NCBI GenBank assembly: GCA_963843145.1
Contig: CAWJJC010000017.1
Span: forward strand, 64,001-128,000
Direction of reading: 5' to 3'
Length of the DNA: 64,000 nt
From: an uncultured delta proteobacterium
Lineage (GTDB): Bacteria > Desulfobacterota > RBG-13-43-22
The notes beneath the pieces were generated by a model. The model was not told the DNA's origin and did no database searches. It was given only the letters and a program-made list of their open reading frames with translations. Shown here one piece after another: positions 50,491 through 60,871 of the stretch. The position numbers and the translations under genes were made by a program. How positions within the stretch are numbered: the stretch's first letter is position 1; each line of letters starts with the position of its first letter.

Positions 50491-53256
50491 CTATTCACCC
50501 GGTTCAGGTTTTCCACGCCTCCGGGCCTTCCAACCCCAAACGAGCAGGGCGGAAAGAGTGACCAAGGTGACGGCCAAGCCCAGGTAGAAAGGATAGAAAC
50601 GGAAAATAAATTCAACCCGGTGCTCCCCCTTGGGTACATAAAGGCCCCGGAGGCCGTAATTGACTTTCAGGACGGGGGCGGGATGGGTATCGATCTCGGC
50701 CTTCCAAAAGGGGGAATAGGTATCGCTGAGGACCAGGAATTTATTTTGGTCCGACCTGGTTATGACTTTTATATAACGAGGAGAATACTGAAGCAGCGAG
50801 GCCTCCCGGGTGGAAAAGGAGGACTCCGGGGGCTCCCGGTAGCCCGGGGGGAACTGAGTTATCAGGAGGGTCTTCCGGGGGTCTAGATTTTCCAGGTGTT
50901 CCAGCAACTCGAGCTCATCTGAAATGGCTCTCGCCTTGCCGATCATAAAGGCGCGGGGGAGATAGGCGCGGTTGTAATACACCCCTGGTCCCTGCGGTTG
51001 AAAACGACGGAAGAGCAGGGTCTGGAGGTCCTGATGATTGATCAGGAGTTTTCCAATCACTAAGCCCTCCAGGCCGGAAACAGCCTGCAGTGATATCTTG
51101 GCGGTTTCAACGGAGGGTTTTAACTGGGCGGCAAATTCGTAGGCATGTCCCTGGTATCCTTCTCCGGGAATATCCCAAGAATCGACCACCCGGGCTTTCT
51201 GGTGGGCACCGTTCAAGCCCGGGCGGTCAATAGCCCATTCGGCGGTTTCGAGGCCGGCCCGCACCGGGATCCGGAGGGAGGAACCGTCCGGCTTATCCAG
51301 AATAATCCAAGCCACGGTCCGGCCCTGGGGCACGGCGGAGGAATGGGTTAAAAAGGATTGAACCGTTAGTTGCGAAACGGAGGTCGGCTGGGGCAGGTCA
51401 AACTCCCGATCACCGAACTTTCCTCCGATTTTAATGATTATCGCTTCTGGTGGAGGGTGCGGAGAGGCACCAATAAAATATTTGACATTCAACAAATCCA
51501 AGAGCAGGGGGTTTTGATCAACTCGTTTAAAAACCTCCAGATATTCCCTGGGGATGACTGTGTGAACATATCCCAGGAGGTCGGACAGGTCGTAGGGGCA
51601 GATGCCATTCTGATAGCAGATGAGGGAGGACAACCAATCATCCGTATTGTCTATCCGGTACGGGGAATGATCCTGCCTGAGTTGGGCGACGATAGTTTTT
51701 GCCAGGGGCACTTCCGACCGACTGGGATCCTTCCCTGAATAACCGCCCTCCACCCAGGCCAGCAGCAGTAAATCCACGCTGACCAGCAAGATCAGGACCC
51801 CTTTGATCCCGGTAAGGGAATGGGACCGATTTCTGAACCATACCAGGGAATAGAAAGCCGCCCAAAAAAATAAAAACCAAAGAAAATCTTTTTTGAGTAT
51901 CTTCCACCATCCCCAAAAATCCCGCCCGGCTTCCTGGCCGGGCAGGGCAAATCCCACCAGGACCAGACTGGTTACGCCCCCCGCAAGGGCCAGCCAGAGC
52001 AGCCCGTAAAGTGACCTGAACCGCGTCGGCTGTGAGCTAGGGTCGTCGGGTTCGTCCAAGAAACGTTGCGTACCAAATCCAGCCAATACAGCCAGGGGAA
52101 AGGTAGTAAGGATGATAAATTTAGCCGGGATCCGAAATTGATTGAGCCCGGGCAGGTAATCGTAAAGGAGCTTATAAAGGGGAGTGGCGTTGCCTAAGGC
52201 GGCGATAAAAGAAAAAAAGGCTAACAGGCCCAGAAAAGTAATCCGCTTATCCTTGGATTGAATAAGCGCCCAAAGGGCCAGGAGTAAAGGGATCAGACCG
52301 ACATAGCCGAATTCCTCATCGACGGCCTCGGCGGTCCAAATCGTGTAGCCCGGGATCAAGAAATGCACCAGGTTCAAAATATGAAAGGGGAAAAGGGTAT
52401 TCCATTCATAAGAACGGGTCCCATGATAGGTGGCCAGACTGGTGGATAATAAGGGCCACAACTGTATGGCTGAAAATCCCAGGCAGAATATACCCAGGAC
52501 CCCGAAATAGCCGGCCTCCCGGGCCAGGTCTTTCCAGGCCCGCACCCACAACCTTAGGAAAAGGGTAAAGAGAAAATAGGCGGCCAGATACAACAGCAGA
52601 AAATAAAAAATATTGGGATGACCGGCGAGAAAGGAGAAGGATAGGAAAAGGCCGGCCAGGGCCGCCCAAAGGGCTCGTCTTTGAAGAAGGGCCTTGTCTA
52701 AGAAGTAGAGGACCAACGGGAACCAGGTCACCGTTTCAACGATATTTCTTATACTGGCCCGGCCTACCAGGAAACCTCCGGAAATAAAACAGAGGGAGCC
52801 GACCAGGGATGCTACCCGAGACAAGCCTAACTGTCGGATATAGAGATAGGCAAAGACCCCGCCCAGCCAGAAATGCAAGGCGTGGATCCAGGAAAGCAGA
52901 TAAGGGTTAAAAAAATGGGGGGTTAAAATCCCGGTCAACAGATCCAGCGGATAAAAGACCCCAAAGTCCTCGGCCAGGTACGGCATCCCGGTCCCGATAA
53001 AGGCATCCCAAAGGACCAGGATCCCCTGGCGCAGGTGTTGATAAAAAAAGGCCCGCTGGGGAGCGAGCTCGACAAAGTCCCCGGCCCAATAAAGTGTTTC
53101 TCCCGGAAGGAGAAAGGCCCGGAATTTAAAAAGAACAAAGACCGCCAGGAAACACAGTACCCAGACATCATTTCGGTAGGCGGAGGATCTGTTTTTCGGC
53201 GATGAATTTACCCCTCCCGTGGTCTGGATCTTGTCGCTCCCTGATTTATATTTCAA
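50491..53256 (-). CDS. YfhO family GT-C membrane protein
   Basis: LWD.FIGTGMP, FYPL, LAGHPN, YVGLIPL, FRIPAKF, LDLLNVKY, LPRAF, LVLSDTYSPFWKA, GEHRVEF. Confidence 0.88.
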   Translation of the reverse strand: MKYKSGSDKIQTTGGVNSSPKNRSSAYRNDVWVLCFLAVFVLFKFRAFLLPGETLYWAGDFVELAPQRAFFYQHLRQGILVLWDAFIGTGMPYLAEDFGVFYPLDLLTGILTPHFFNPYLLSWIHALHFWLGGVFAYLYIRQLGLSRVASLVGSLCFISGGFLVGRASIRNIVETVTWFPLVLYFLDKALLQRRALWAALAGLFLSFSFLAGHPNIFYFLLLYLAAYFLFTLFLRLWVRAWKDLAREAGYFGVLGIFCLGFSAIQLWPLLSTSLATYHGTRSYEWNTLFPFHILNLVHFLIPGYTIWTAEAVDEEFGYVGLIPLLLALWALIQSKDKRITFLGLLAFFSFIAALGNATPLYKLLYDYLPGLNQFRIPAKFIILTTFPLAVLAGFGTQRFLDEPDDPSSQPTRFRSLYGLLWLALAGGVTSLVLVGFALPGQEAGRDFWGWWKILKKDFLWFLFFWAAFYSLVWFRNRSHSLTGIKGVLILLVSVDLLLLAWVEGGYSGKDPSRSEVPLAKTIVAQLRQDHSPYRIDNTDDWLSSLICYQNGICPYDLSDLLGYVHTVIPREYLEVFKRVDQNPLLLDLLNVKYFIGASPHPPPEAIIIKIGGKFGDREFDLPQPTSVSQLTVQSFLTHSSAVPQGRTVAWIILDKPDGSSLRIPVRAGLETAEWAIDRPGLNGAHQKARVVDSWDIPGEGYQGHAYEFAAQLKPSVETAKISLQAVSGLEGLVIGKLLINHQDLQTLLFRRFQPQGPGVYYNRAYLPRAFMIGKARAISDELELLEHLENLDPRKTLLITQFPPGYREPPESSFSTREASLLQYSPRYIKVITRSDQNKFLVLSDTYSPFWKAEIDTHPAPVLKVNYGLRGLYVPKGEHRVEFIFRFYPFYLGLAVTLVTLSALLVWGWKARRRGKPEPGE

Positions 53257-53268
53257 CTTTTTAGGCCT

Positions 53269-53985
53269 CTAAAGCTGAAATCCGGCCTTGACGGCATCGT
53301 TCCGAAACATCTTTACGGTTTCCAGTGAATATTCGGTTAGATCTTTCCCGGTTAAATTTAATTTCTTAAGTATATCTACCGTACTGGTAATAATGTGGCA
53401 GCCGATCGAGTTAGCCTGGAAGACATTGAGGAGCTCGCGAGGGCTGGCCCAAATCAATTCTTGCTGGGGATGAGGGCGCAAAATTTCAACCGCGGCGGCC
53501 ATCAGGGGCAGGGGATCACGCCCGGTATCGGCAATTCTCCCGGCGAAAACGGAAATGAACGAAGGGGCCCCACCGGCCAAGGCCCGGCTGACGTCGATCA
53601 CCTGGGACAAGGTCAAAAGGGCCGTTACATTCAGCTTGACCCCCTGAGTAGATAATTCCGTGATGAGGGGTACGGAGGATTGACCAAGCGTGTTGGTGAC
53701 TGGTATCTTGACATAGACATTCTCACCCCAACCGCGTATGAGCAGCGCCTGGCGTTTCATTTCCTCGAACTCGTCTGAAAATACCTCGAAGGAGATCGGC
53801 CGGTCCGGGATACTCCTCAGGATGTCCAAGGCGAAGGCCGGGTAATCACTGATCCCGGCTTTACGCATCAGAGTCGGATTGGTAGTAAAACCCTGGATGA
53901 GGGGGTTGCGGTACATTTCGATCATCTCGGATTTAACCGCTCCGTCAGCGAAGATCTTGACTGTTAGTTCGGAAAAGCTGCTCAT
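53269..53985 (-). CDS. transaldolase (short type, sugar-cluster associated)
   Basis: KIFADGA, GFTTNPTL, ISFEV, YVKIP, NVTA, SVFAGRIAD, WASPRE. Confidence 0.9.
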   Translation of the reverse strand: MSSFSELTVKIFADGAVKSEMIEMYRNPLIQGFTTNPTLMRKAGISDYPAFALDILRSIPDRPISFEVFSDEFEEMKRQALLIRGWGENVYVKIPVTNTLGQSSVPLITELSTQGVKLNVTALLTLSQVIDVSRALAGGAPSFISVFAGRIADTGRDPLPLMAAAVEILRPHPQQELIWASPRELLNVFQANSIGCHIITSTVDILKKLNLTGKDLTEYSLETVKMFRNDAVKAGFQL

Positions 53986-54524
53986 AGGTTTGTCTCCTCA
54001 CATTGATTTAGAATGATCGACAGCGCTTCCGTCAAGGTATTGACTCTATAATTCGGTTGATCGGGCTGTTTTTCATTGTATTCGTAATTAACAAAGATCG
54101 TCCGGCAGCCGGCCCGCCGTCCGGCTTCAATATCCTTCCAGCGGTCACCGATCAGGAAGCTGGCCGCCAGGTCAATATGGTAGCGCTGAGCGCCTTGAAG
54201 GATCAGGCCCGGTTCCGGTTTGCGGCACCGGCAATGATCCTCCGTGTCGTGGTAACAGGTGAGGATATCATCCAAAGGCAGCTCCCGGAGGAGAAAGCGA
54301 TGTATCGCTTCAACCCCTTCTCGGGTCTGCACCCCTCGAGCCACGTCAGGTTGATTAGTGACCACGACCAACAGGTAGCCGGCTTCCTTGAGTGTCGGTA
54401 ACACCGACCGGACTTCATCCGGTATAACCAATTCGCTCAGGTTGGAAGGGGGGTACGGTTTGGCCTCTCTGACAATAGCCTGATTGATGACGCCATCCCG
54501 ATCCAGAAAAACGGCTTTAGGCAT
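53982..54524 (-). CDS. gmhB: GmhB-like HAD sugar-bisphosphate phosphatase
   Basis: FLDRDGVIN, VTNQ, CYH....C.CRKP.PG, IGDRWKDIEAG. Confidence 0.85.
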   Translation of the reverse strand: MPKAVFLDRDGVINQAIVREAKPYPPSNLSELVIPDEVRSVLPTLKEAGYLLVVVTNQPDVARGVQTREGVEAIHRFLLRELPLDDILTCYHDTEDHCRCRKPEPGLILQGAQRYHIDLAASFLIGDRWKDIEAGRRAGCRTIFVNYEYNEKQPDQPNYRVNTLTEALSIILNQCEETNL

Positions 54525-54558
54525 ACGGATTATTTTTCAATGAAACCCATTAAACCTA

Positions 54559-55167
54559 CTAGATTTTGTCGGACGTTTCACTTTCCCATTTGGTTTGAGC
54601 CGCCTTAAGCCGGGGATGGGAAACCAGAAGGTGCCAGAGTACCGCTTGAAAGGCCTCGGTATGGGGAGTGCTATGATTGGAGTTGACGGTTGGGATAATA
54701 ACACAGGCATCCGCCGTCCGGGCGGTGAATCCGCCGTCCCTGCCCACCACCCCACAAATTCTTGCCCCCACGGCTTGGGCGTACTGTAGAGCGGAAATCA
54801 GGTTGGGGCTGATATTTCTCTCCGCGTCTCCCCCGCCGACGGAGAAAACCAGAATCAAGTCCTGTTTCCTTAACCGGCTGGTCCGCAGCCATTCCACAAA
54901 AACACTCGACCATCCGTCGTCGTTGGTCCTGGCCGTCAGTTCGGAAACGTTATCCGTCGGGGCGTAGGCTTCCATTCCGGTAATTTTCCGGAAATCATTG
55001 ACGGCATGGGAGGCATTGGCGGCGCTTCCACCCACTCCCAGGATAAATAGACGCCCATCCTGGTCCCGGGTGTCGACCATCAGTCGAACTACCTTTTCGA
55101 TCGAATCCGGATCCAGTTGTTCTACAACCTTTTTAGCCTCAGCCAGATATTCCGCTACGAACCCCAT
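54559..55167 (-). CDS. gmhA: GmhA-like SIS phosphosugar isomerase
   Basis: LGVGGSAANASH, TARTND, FSVGGG, S.NL, GRDGG, HTEAFQ. Confidence 0.8.
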   Translation of the reverse strand: MGFVAEYLAEAKKVVEQLDPDSIEKVVRLMVDTRDQDGRLFILGVGGSAANASHAVNDFRKITGMEAYAPTDNVSELTARTNDDGWSSVFVEWLRTSRLRKQDLILVFSVGGGDAERNISPNLISALQYAQAVGARICGVVGRDGGFTARTADACVIIPTVNSNHSTPHTEAFQAVLWHLLVSHPRLKAAQTKWESETSDKI

Positions 55168-55169
55168 GG

Positions 55170-55889
55170 TTAGCCATTCCCCTTCCTTAATTTTTGCTCA
55201 GCGACGAATCGCTTCAGGTCCTCCAATCCCTGCCAGGAACCGATTTCGTAAAACCTCTGCCCCACCTCGAAGGCGCCTAGTTCCCCCTCTTTCAGGAGGG
55301 ATTGGTACAAGTCGGCGAGGTCCGAGGGTTGCCCCGCCGGAAGTCGGTCAAAGGCCTTTCCCTGGAAAGCCCCCAGTCCGTAATCGATATGTTCCATGGC
55401 CGGGGTTCGGGTTTGTTTATCATAAGCGATAATTTTTCCCTTCCGGAACTCAACATTACTTCTGTCCCAGAGGCCCTGGTTGTGCAAAACAGTCATCAAG
55501 GCCAGCTTTTCGCTGTCAATGAAGGCCTGGTGGACGGCTCGAAAGTCGCAAGGAAGATAGGAATCCCCGTAGAGAACAAAGAAAGTCTGACCCAAGAGGG
55601 GCAAGGCCATTTTGACGGCCCCCCCCGTCCCCAGAAGCGGCCCCCGTTCAAAGGAATAATCCGCCTGCAGTCCGAACTGATTCCCGTTACGCACATAGTC
55701 TTTGATCAGCTCACCCAGATACCCGGCACAGATCACTACCTGCTGAACCCCCTGGGATTGTAACAAGCGCAATTGATGCGCGATAAAGGGTTCCCCCTCG
55801 ATAGGGATCAGGGCCTTGGGGATCTTTTCCGTCATAGGCCGGAGCCGGGTAGCCAACCCCCCGGCCAGAATGGCAACCGGAAGCAGCAT
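55170..55889 (-). CDS. sugar-1-phosphate nucleotidyltransferase (HddC-like)
   Basis: ILAGGLATRLRP....PKAL, LGTGGA, LYGDSY, FYEIGS. Confidence 0.88.
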   Translation of the reverse strand: MLLPVAILAGGLATRLRPMTEKIPKALIPIEGEPFIAHQLRLLQSQGVQQVVICAGYLGELIKDYVRNGNQFGLQADYSFERGPLLGTGGAVKMALPLLGQTFFVLYGDSYLPCDFRAVHQAFIDSEKLALMTVLHNQGLWDRSNVEFRKGKIIAYDKQTRTPAMEHIDYGLGAFQGKAFDRLPAGQPSDLADLYQSLLKEGELGAFEVGQRFYEIGSWQGLEDLKRFVAEQKLRKGNG

Positions 55890-56866
55890 TAGAGCAGGAT
55901 CTTGGTCCCTTCGAAATCGAACCGGAAGCGGACCTCTTCCAGGCCGGCCTTGGCCAAGGCCTGTCGCAACTTTCTTCGTTCCCGGGTATAGAATAAAAGA
56001 AACCCGCCGCCCCCGGCCCCGACCAGCTTTCCCCCCAGGGCTCCCTGAGCCCGGGCCAGGTCATACCACTCGTTTATCTGGGGATTGCTCATGCCACCCG
56101 AACGCTTCTTTTTATGCTCCCAGTGCTCATGGAGAATCTCTCCGAATTCATCCGTCTTGCCTTGTTCCAAGACCTTTTGGCTGCGAAAACCCAACTCTTT
56201 GACATAGTGCAGGTTGTTCAGCATCTCTTGATCCGATTCCTGGGTTCGGGTGTTCTGGTCCTGGAGGATGGCCCCGGCGCTGCGGGAAAACCCGGTAAAG
56301 AACAGCAATAAATTGTCCTCCAGGTCAAATAGTGTTTCCATGCCGATTTGAAGGGGAACGGCCTCTACCCGGTCATCGGAATGATAGCGAAAGGCCGTAA
56401 TCCCTCCGAAAGCCGCGATATACTGATCCTGTTTACCGATCGGTTCCCCCAGTTTATTAATTTCAATGTCGCAGGCCAACTCTGCCAGCTCACCGGGATG
56501 AATAAGTCGACGGCGATGGGCATAGAGGGCCTTGAGCAGGGCGGTGGTAAAACTTCCGGAAGATCCCAAGCCGGTTCCCGCCGGGATGTCGGCCAGGGTG
56601 GTAATTTCAATCTGCGGCGTATTCAGTTTCATCATCCGCAGGGCCTCCCGGATAATGGGATGATGGACCTCGTCCACTTGGTCCACCTGCTCCAGCTTGG
56701 AATATTTAAGGAAAATTCCGGGCGTAAAGGGACGCAAGACGGTGACATAGACATAGCGGTCAATAGCGGCGGCCATCAAAAAACCGCCGTACTGGCGATA
56801 ATAGGAAGGCAGGTCGGTCCCCCCCCCACCGAGGGTAATGCGCAAGGGACTACGCGTGATAATCAT
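55889..56866 (-). CDS. GHMP sugar-phosphate kinase (HddA-like)
   Basis: SPLRITLGGGGTD, DIPAGTGLGSS, GKQDQY, GGKLVGAGGGGF. Confidence 0.9.
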   Translation of the reverse strand: MIITRSPLRITLGGGGTDLPSYYRQYGGFLMAAAIDRYVYVTVLRPFTPGIFLKYSKLEQVDQVDEVHHPIIREALRMMKLNTPQIEITTLADIPAGTGLGSSGSFTTALLKALYAHRRRLIHPGELAELACDIEINKLGEPIGKQDQYIAAFGGITAFRYHSDDRVEAVPLQIGMETLFDLEDNLLLFFTGFSRSAGAILQDQNTRTQESDQEMLNNLHYVKELGFRSQKVLEQGKTDEFGEILHEHWEHKKKRSGGMSNPQINEWYDLARAQGALGGKLVGAGGGGFLLFYTRERRKLRQALAKAGLEEVRFRFDFEGTKILL

Positions 56867-57860
56867 AGCCGGACTCGGAGTAAATTTTTTTCACGATGGC
56901 CAGGGCCGCCAGGGCCTCCTGCAGGCCGGCCGCCGGCGTTCGATTCAGTCGGATGTCGTCCAAAAATTCTTCAAACTCCAAACGCCAGGAATGATCACCG
57001 CGGGGGTATTCCCAGATGGTCGTTTCCGGCGGTCCCATCTCGGGAAGCATCCGGTAATAGGCCAGTCGCTCCACCCCGTAGCTTCCCCCCAAACCCTCGA
57101 TCTGGACTTTGGCGTTTTTTCCGTACATTTCAAAGGAAAACATATTCTTCCATTCGGTACAACTGACATGCAGAAAGGCGATTTGCCGGCGGGGAGTTTT
57201 CAGCAGCATAAACCCGTTGTCCTCCACCGGCATCTGCCAGTAATACGTATGGGCAAAACCGGATACTTCCTCAAAATCACCTAAAAACCAGCGGGCCAGA
57301 TCGATCAGATGAACCCCCTGGTCTATCAACTCTCCCCCGCCGGACCGGGCCGGATCGGCGCGCCATTCCTGATCATACCCCGGGCGCCCGCCATGCCCGT
57401 ATCGTCCCCGGACGAACATCATCTCTCCCAACACCCCGGCCTCAAACAGCTCCCGGGCTTTTTGCAGGGCGGGGTGGTAACGATGATTAAAACCGACTCG
57501 AACCTGCACCCCGGTCCGGCGGGCGGCTTTTTCCAGGGCTTCCAATTCTCCCATGGTCCGGGCCGCCGGTTTTTCTACCAGAACATGTTTGCCCGCCAGA
57601 ACAGCGGTTTGGGTGACCGGGGCCAAGGCGTCATTGGTGGTCGCCACGATGACGATATTGACATCTTTCAGCGCGACGGCTTCCTGCCAGTCGGGAACGG
57701 CTCTTGCTCCGGGAAAAATCCGGGCCAACCCCTCGGCTCTATCCGAAATCAAGTCGGAGCAGGCCAGCAACCGGGCCCCGGTTAAGGCCGCGGCCCGCTT
57801 TTGTCCAATCGACCCGCAACCGATGATCGCCACTCCTAAGGGGGGTTGGGGATCCATCAT
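56850..57860 (-). CDS. Gfo/Idh/MocA family oxidoreductase
   Basis: IIGCGSIG, KHVLVEKP, GFNHRYHP, GGGELIDQGVHLID. Confidence 0.92.
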   Translation of the reverse strand: MMDPQPPLGVAIIGCGSIGQKRAAALTGARLLACSDLISDRAEGLARIFPGARAVPDWQEAVALKDVNIVIVATTNDALAPVTQTAVLAGKHVLVEKPAARTMGELEALEKAARRTGVQVRVGFNHRYHPALQKARELFEAGVLGEMMFVRGRYGHGGRPGYDQEWRADPARSGGGELIDQGVHLIDLARWFLGDFEEVSGFAHTYYWQMPVEDNGFMLLKTPRRQIAFLHVSCTEWKNMFSFEMYGKNAKVQIEGLGGSYGVERLAYYRMLPEMGPPETTIWEYPRGDHSWRLEFEEFLDDIRLNRTPAAGLQEALAALAIVKKIYSESGYDYHA

Positions 57861-58720
57861 TCTTCCCATCCCAGCCCACGGTCCTGGGGCAGGATCCGGC
57901 GTAAGGTATAAAGATCCGTTCCTTGCAATTCGGCTAAATGGCCCGGCAGTGCCTCCCAGGGATCCCAGACCGCGCTAATCAGTTTCCCGGTAATTCCATC
58001 GCCGGCCGGGGAAGCTAAAAACAGACAGAGGGCCACGGCCCGTTCCCGATGGTCCTCCTTGCTCTGGAGAACCCTTTGGGCTTGTTCATATTCCCTGAAC
58101 CCGGCCAAATCCGGACCGGCCTCCAGAATGGCGGTTATTAAGGAGGTGCCCATCGCCCCGGGCGCCACACAGGTGATATCAATACCCAACGACCTGTTTT
58201 CCTCGGCCAGGATTTCGCTGAATCGCACCAAAGCAGTCTTAGCGGTGGCATAGGCCGAAAAATGGGGGCGGGGACCGGCACCCCCTCCTCCGGAAAGATT
58301 GATAATTTTCCCCCGCCCGCGGCTGGCCATCCTGGGAATAAACAGACGGCAAAGGAGAGCCGGGGCCAGCAGATCGATCTGCAGGGTTTCCTTCCAGGCC
58401 GCCCAATCATTTTCCCCCAAAGGCCCGATAGGTCCTTGAACCGCCGCGTTGTTAATGAGGACATCCAGCCCTTCAAAGTGCTTGGTTGTTTCCGCTAAAA
58501 TTTGAATGGGAGATTCCGGATCTTTCAGATCAACGCTTAGGGTAAGGATTTTTTGATTCGGTCGAAGGGGGAAAGTCGCTACCAGGCCTTGCATTTTTTC
58601 GGCCGATCGGGCAACCAGGATCAGATGGGCCCCCTCCATCCAGAAGGCCTTGGCCAAGCCGGCCCCCAAACCTTGAGACGCCCCGGTGATTAAGACCGTC
58701 TGTCCTTCGAAACGATTCAT
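57857..58720 (-). CDS. short-chain dehydrogenase/reductase
   Basis: ITGASQGLG, LINNAA, NLSGGG, YATAK; start at MNRFEG with an ATGA overlap. Confidence 0.9.
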   Translation of the reverse strand: MNRFEGQTVLITGASQGLGAGLAKAFWMEGAHLILVARSAEKMQGLVATFPLRPNQKILTLSVDLKDPESPIQILAETTKHFEGLDVLINNAAVQGPIGPLGENDWAAWKETLQIDLLAPALLCRLFIPRMASRGRGKIINLSGGGGAGPRPHFSAYATAKTALVRFSEILAEENRSLGIDITCVAPGAMGTSLITAILEAGPDLAGFREYEQAQRVLQSKEDHRERAVALCLFLASPAGDGITGKLISAVWDPWEALPGHLAELQGTDLYTLRRILPQDRGLGWEE

Positions 58721-59691
58721 GGCCGGGCCTCCAGAAGCCAGGGATTGGCTTGCAGATAGGCTAATGTCTTTTCGATCCCCTTGCGAATCGAGACCTGTGG
58801 GACCCAGCCCAGCGCCCGAATTTTGCTGCAATCAAGAAAAATTAAGGGGCTGTCACCTACCCAGCCGCGTGTCCCGCCGGTGTAGGACAACCGGGGTTTT
58901 AACCCCAGCTTTCCGGTGATCCAGGCAATCGAGTCGTTGACTTCACAATACTCGTTCGTGCCCAGGTTAAAAATATTGACCCGGTCGGATGATTTTTGGA
59001 TGGCCTGAAATATGGCGTCCAGGCAGTCTTGCACATAGAGGTAGGACTTGCGCTGGTGACCATCCCCCAAGACTTTCAAATGGTCGGGCTTGGACCGCAG
59101 CGATTGGTAAAAATCAAAAATGTGCCCGTGAGAGTATCGTTCGCCCAATATGGAGACAAACCGAAAAATAAAGCCTTGAAAGCCAAAGCCCTCGCAGTAG
59201 GCCTCGATCAGCCCTTCACCCGCCAGTTTGGAGGCGCCGTAAAGAGAGGTCTGGGTCGGAAAGGGGGCGTCTTCCGGCGTGGGAAAGATTTTCGGTTCCC
59301 CGTACACCGAACCGGTGGAGGAGAAGACGATCCGCTTTATTCCATTGACCCTCATCGCCTCCAGGACGTTGAAAGTGGCCAGCGTGTTTTGTTCGAGGTC
59401 TTTCCGGGGGTGCCGGGTGCCGAAACGGACATCCGCGTTGGCGGCCAGATGAAAGACCAGATCACATCCCGACATGGCCCGCGTCAAGGCCGGCAGATCC
59501 AAGACATCGTCTCGGAAGAGGGTAAAATTAGAATTTTGCCGGGCGGATTGCAGGTAAGGGTCAAGTCCGGTGGAAAAATTATCATAGCCAACCACCCGGA
59601 TCCCCCTTTGAAGCCAACGATCCACCAAATGACTTCCGATGAATCCGGCGGCCCCGGTTATAAATATCTTCTCAAAGCCTGGAATGTTCAT
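58717..59691 (-). CDS. NAD-dependent nucleotide-sugar epimerase/dehydratase
   Basis: ITGAAGFIGSH, HLAANADV, SSTGSVYG, YGASK. Confidence 0.92.
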   Translation of the reverse strand: MNIPGFEKIFITGAAGFIGSHLVDRWLQRGIRVVGYDNFSTGLDPYLQSARQNSNFTLFRDDVLDLPALTRAMSGCDLVFHLAANADVRFGTRHPRKDLEQNTLATFNVLEAMRVNGIKRIVFSSTGSVYGEPKIFPTPEDAPFPTQTSLYGASKLAGEGLIEAYCEGFGFQGFIFRFVSILGERYSHGHIFDFYQSLRSKPDHLKVLGDGHQRKSYLYVQDCLDAIFQAIQKSSDRVNIFNLGTNEYCEVNDSIAWITGKLGLKPRLSYTGGTRGWVGDSPLIFLDCSKIRALGWVPQVSIRKGIEKTLAYLQANPWLLEARP

Positions 59692-60700
59692 GTTCAGGCA
59701 GGATTGGGTTAGCGGATTCCCAGGGTTTGGGCCCAGGCGGTTGATCAAAACCATAAGCCGACTCAACAATGTACATGGGCCGCTGTCGGACTTCATCATA
59801 AACCCGGCCCAGATATTGGCCAAGAATGCCCATACTTAAAAGCTGCATTCCGGCCAGGAAAGTGATCAGGATCACCAGGGTAGGATTCCCCCAGGGAATT
59901 TCCAGATGCATCAAGCGCAGAATCAAATACAACAACCCGGTCAAAAAGGATATCCCGGAAGTCATAAAGCCTAAAAAGGAAATGACGGTTAGAGGAAATC
60001 TGGAGAACCCGAACAGTCCATTCATCCCGATTAAAAAAGATCCGGTCCAGCGATTATAGTGGCCACTCCCGGCTAGCCGTTGGTCACGATCGTAGAGGAC
60101 AGCACTTTGTTTAAATCCGATCAAGGCCACCAAGCCGCGTAGGAAGCCATGAGATTCCTTTAATTTTAACAAATGAGTTACCGCCCGCCGACTTAACAGT
60201 CTGAAATCGCCAGTATTCCTGGGAATATGCACATTGGCAATCCGGTTGATCACCCAATAGCCCAAATAGGAAATAATTCTTTTGGGGAGGGTTTCCCCTT
60301 GGCGGGTCCTCCTTTGGGCATAGACGACCTCGGCCCCGTCGGTTTGCCATTTCTCGATGAGTTTAGGAATCAACTCCGGGGGATCCTGCAAATCGGCATC
60401 AATCACGACACACACCTCCCCGCCGGCGTGCCTTAATCCACCCAGGGTGGCCGCGGGTTGCCCAAATCGTCGGGAAAACCGAAGCAGTTTGATCCGCGGG
60501 TTACCGCCCCTCCAAGACAAAATGATGTTCTCCGTGCGGTCGGTTGATGGATCCAGGGCGAAGATGATCTCATAGTCGCACCCCGGGATGGATTGAAGCG
60601 CCGGGATTAACCTTTCCAGGAGAGGCGTTACGTTGTTTTCCTCGTTGTAGACGGGGACGATAACGGAACACTGAAAGTCTTTTCCTTGATCAATCGCCAT
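59672..60700 (-). CDS. GtrB/ArnC-like undecaprenyl-phosphate glycosyltransferase (GT2 plus 2 TM)
   Basis: VPVYNEE, SRRFGQ, IDADLQDPP, TGDFRL, two C-terminal TM helices, GQYLGRVY.EV..RP.YIV. Confidence 0.9.
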   Translation of the reverse strand: MAIDQGKDFQCSVIVPVYNEENNVTPLLERLIPALQSIPGCDYEIIFALDPSTDRTENIILSWRGGNPRIKLLRFSRRFGQPAATLGGLRHAGGEVCVVIDADLQDPPELIPKLIEKWQTDGAEVVYAQRRTRQGETLPKRIISYLGYWVINRIANVHIPRNTGDFRLLSRRAVTHLLKLKESHGFLRGLVALIGFKQSAVLYDRDQRLAGSGHYNRWTGSFLIGMNGLFGFSRFPLTVISFLGFMTSGISFLTGLLYLILRLMHLEIPWGNPTLVILITFLAGMQLLSMGILGQYLGRVYDEVRQRPMYIVESAYGFDQPPGPKPWESANPILPEHEHSRL

Positions 60701-60871
60701 GGTCCAAATCTTTCAACAGTGAGTTTGAAAGGTCGGCCGGAGTGCAGTTTCCTGGAAACCCCTTCTAACCCCCCCGCCAAACGGTTCCTAAGTCTTACTC
60801 TCGAATCCCCTTCTTTTCAAGGACTTTATGGATTAGACACCGGCCTTTTTCCTCCTCGAACCGGCATCCCC

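Noticed and set aside
58721-58831. N-terminal extensions of the SDR (to 58831) and epimerase (to 59823)
   Set aside because: They overlap upstream genes extensively; shorter starts give clean coupling.
53269-59691. Lincosamide antibiotic cluster
   Set aside because: Only the sugar-activation part is similar; no aminotransferase, amino-acid or condensation genes, and the context is envelope glycosylation.
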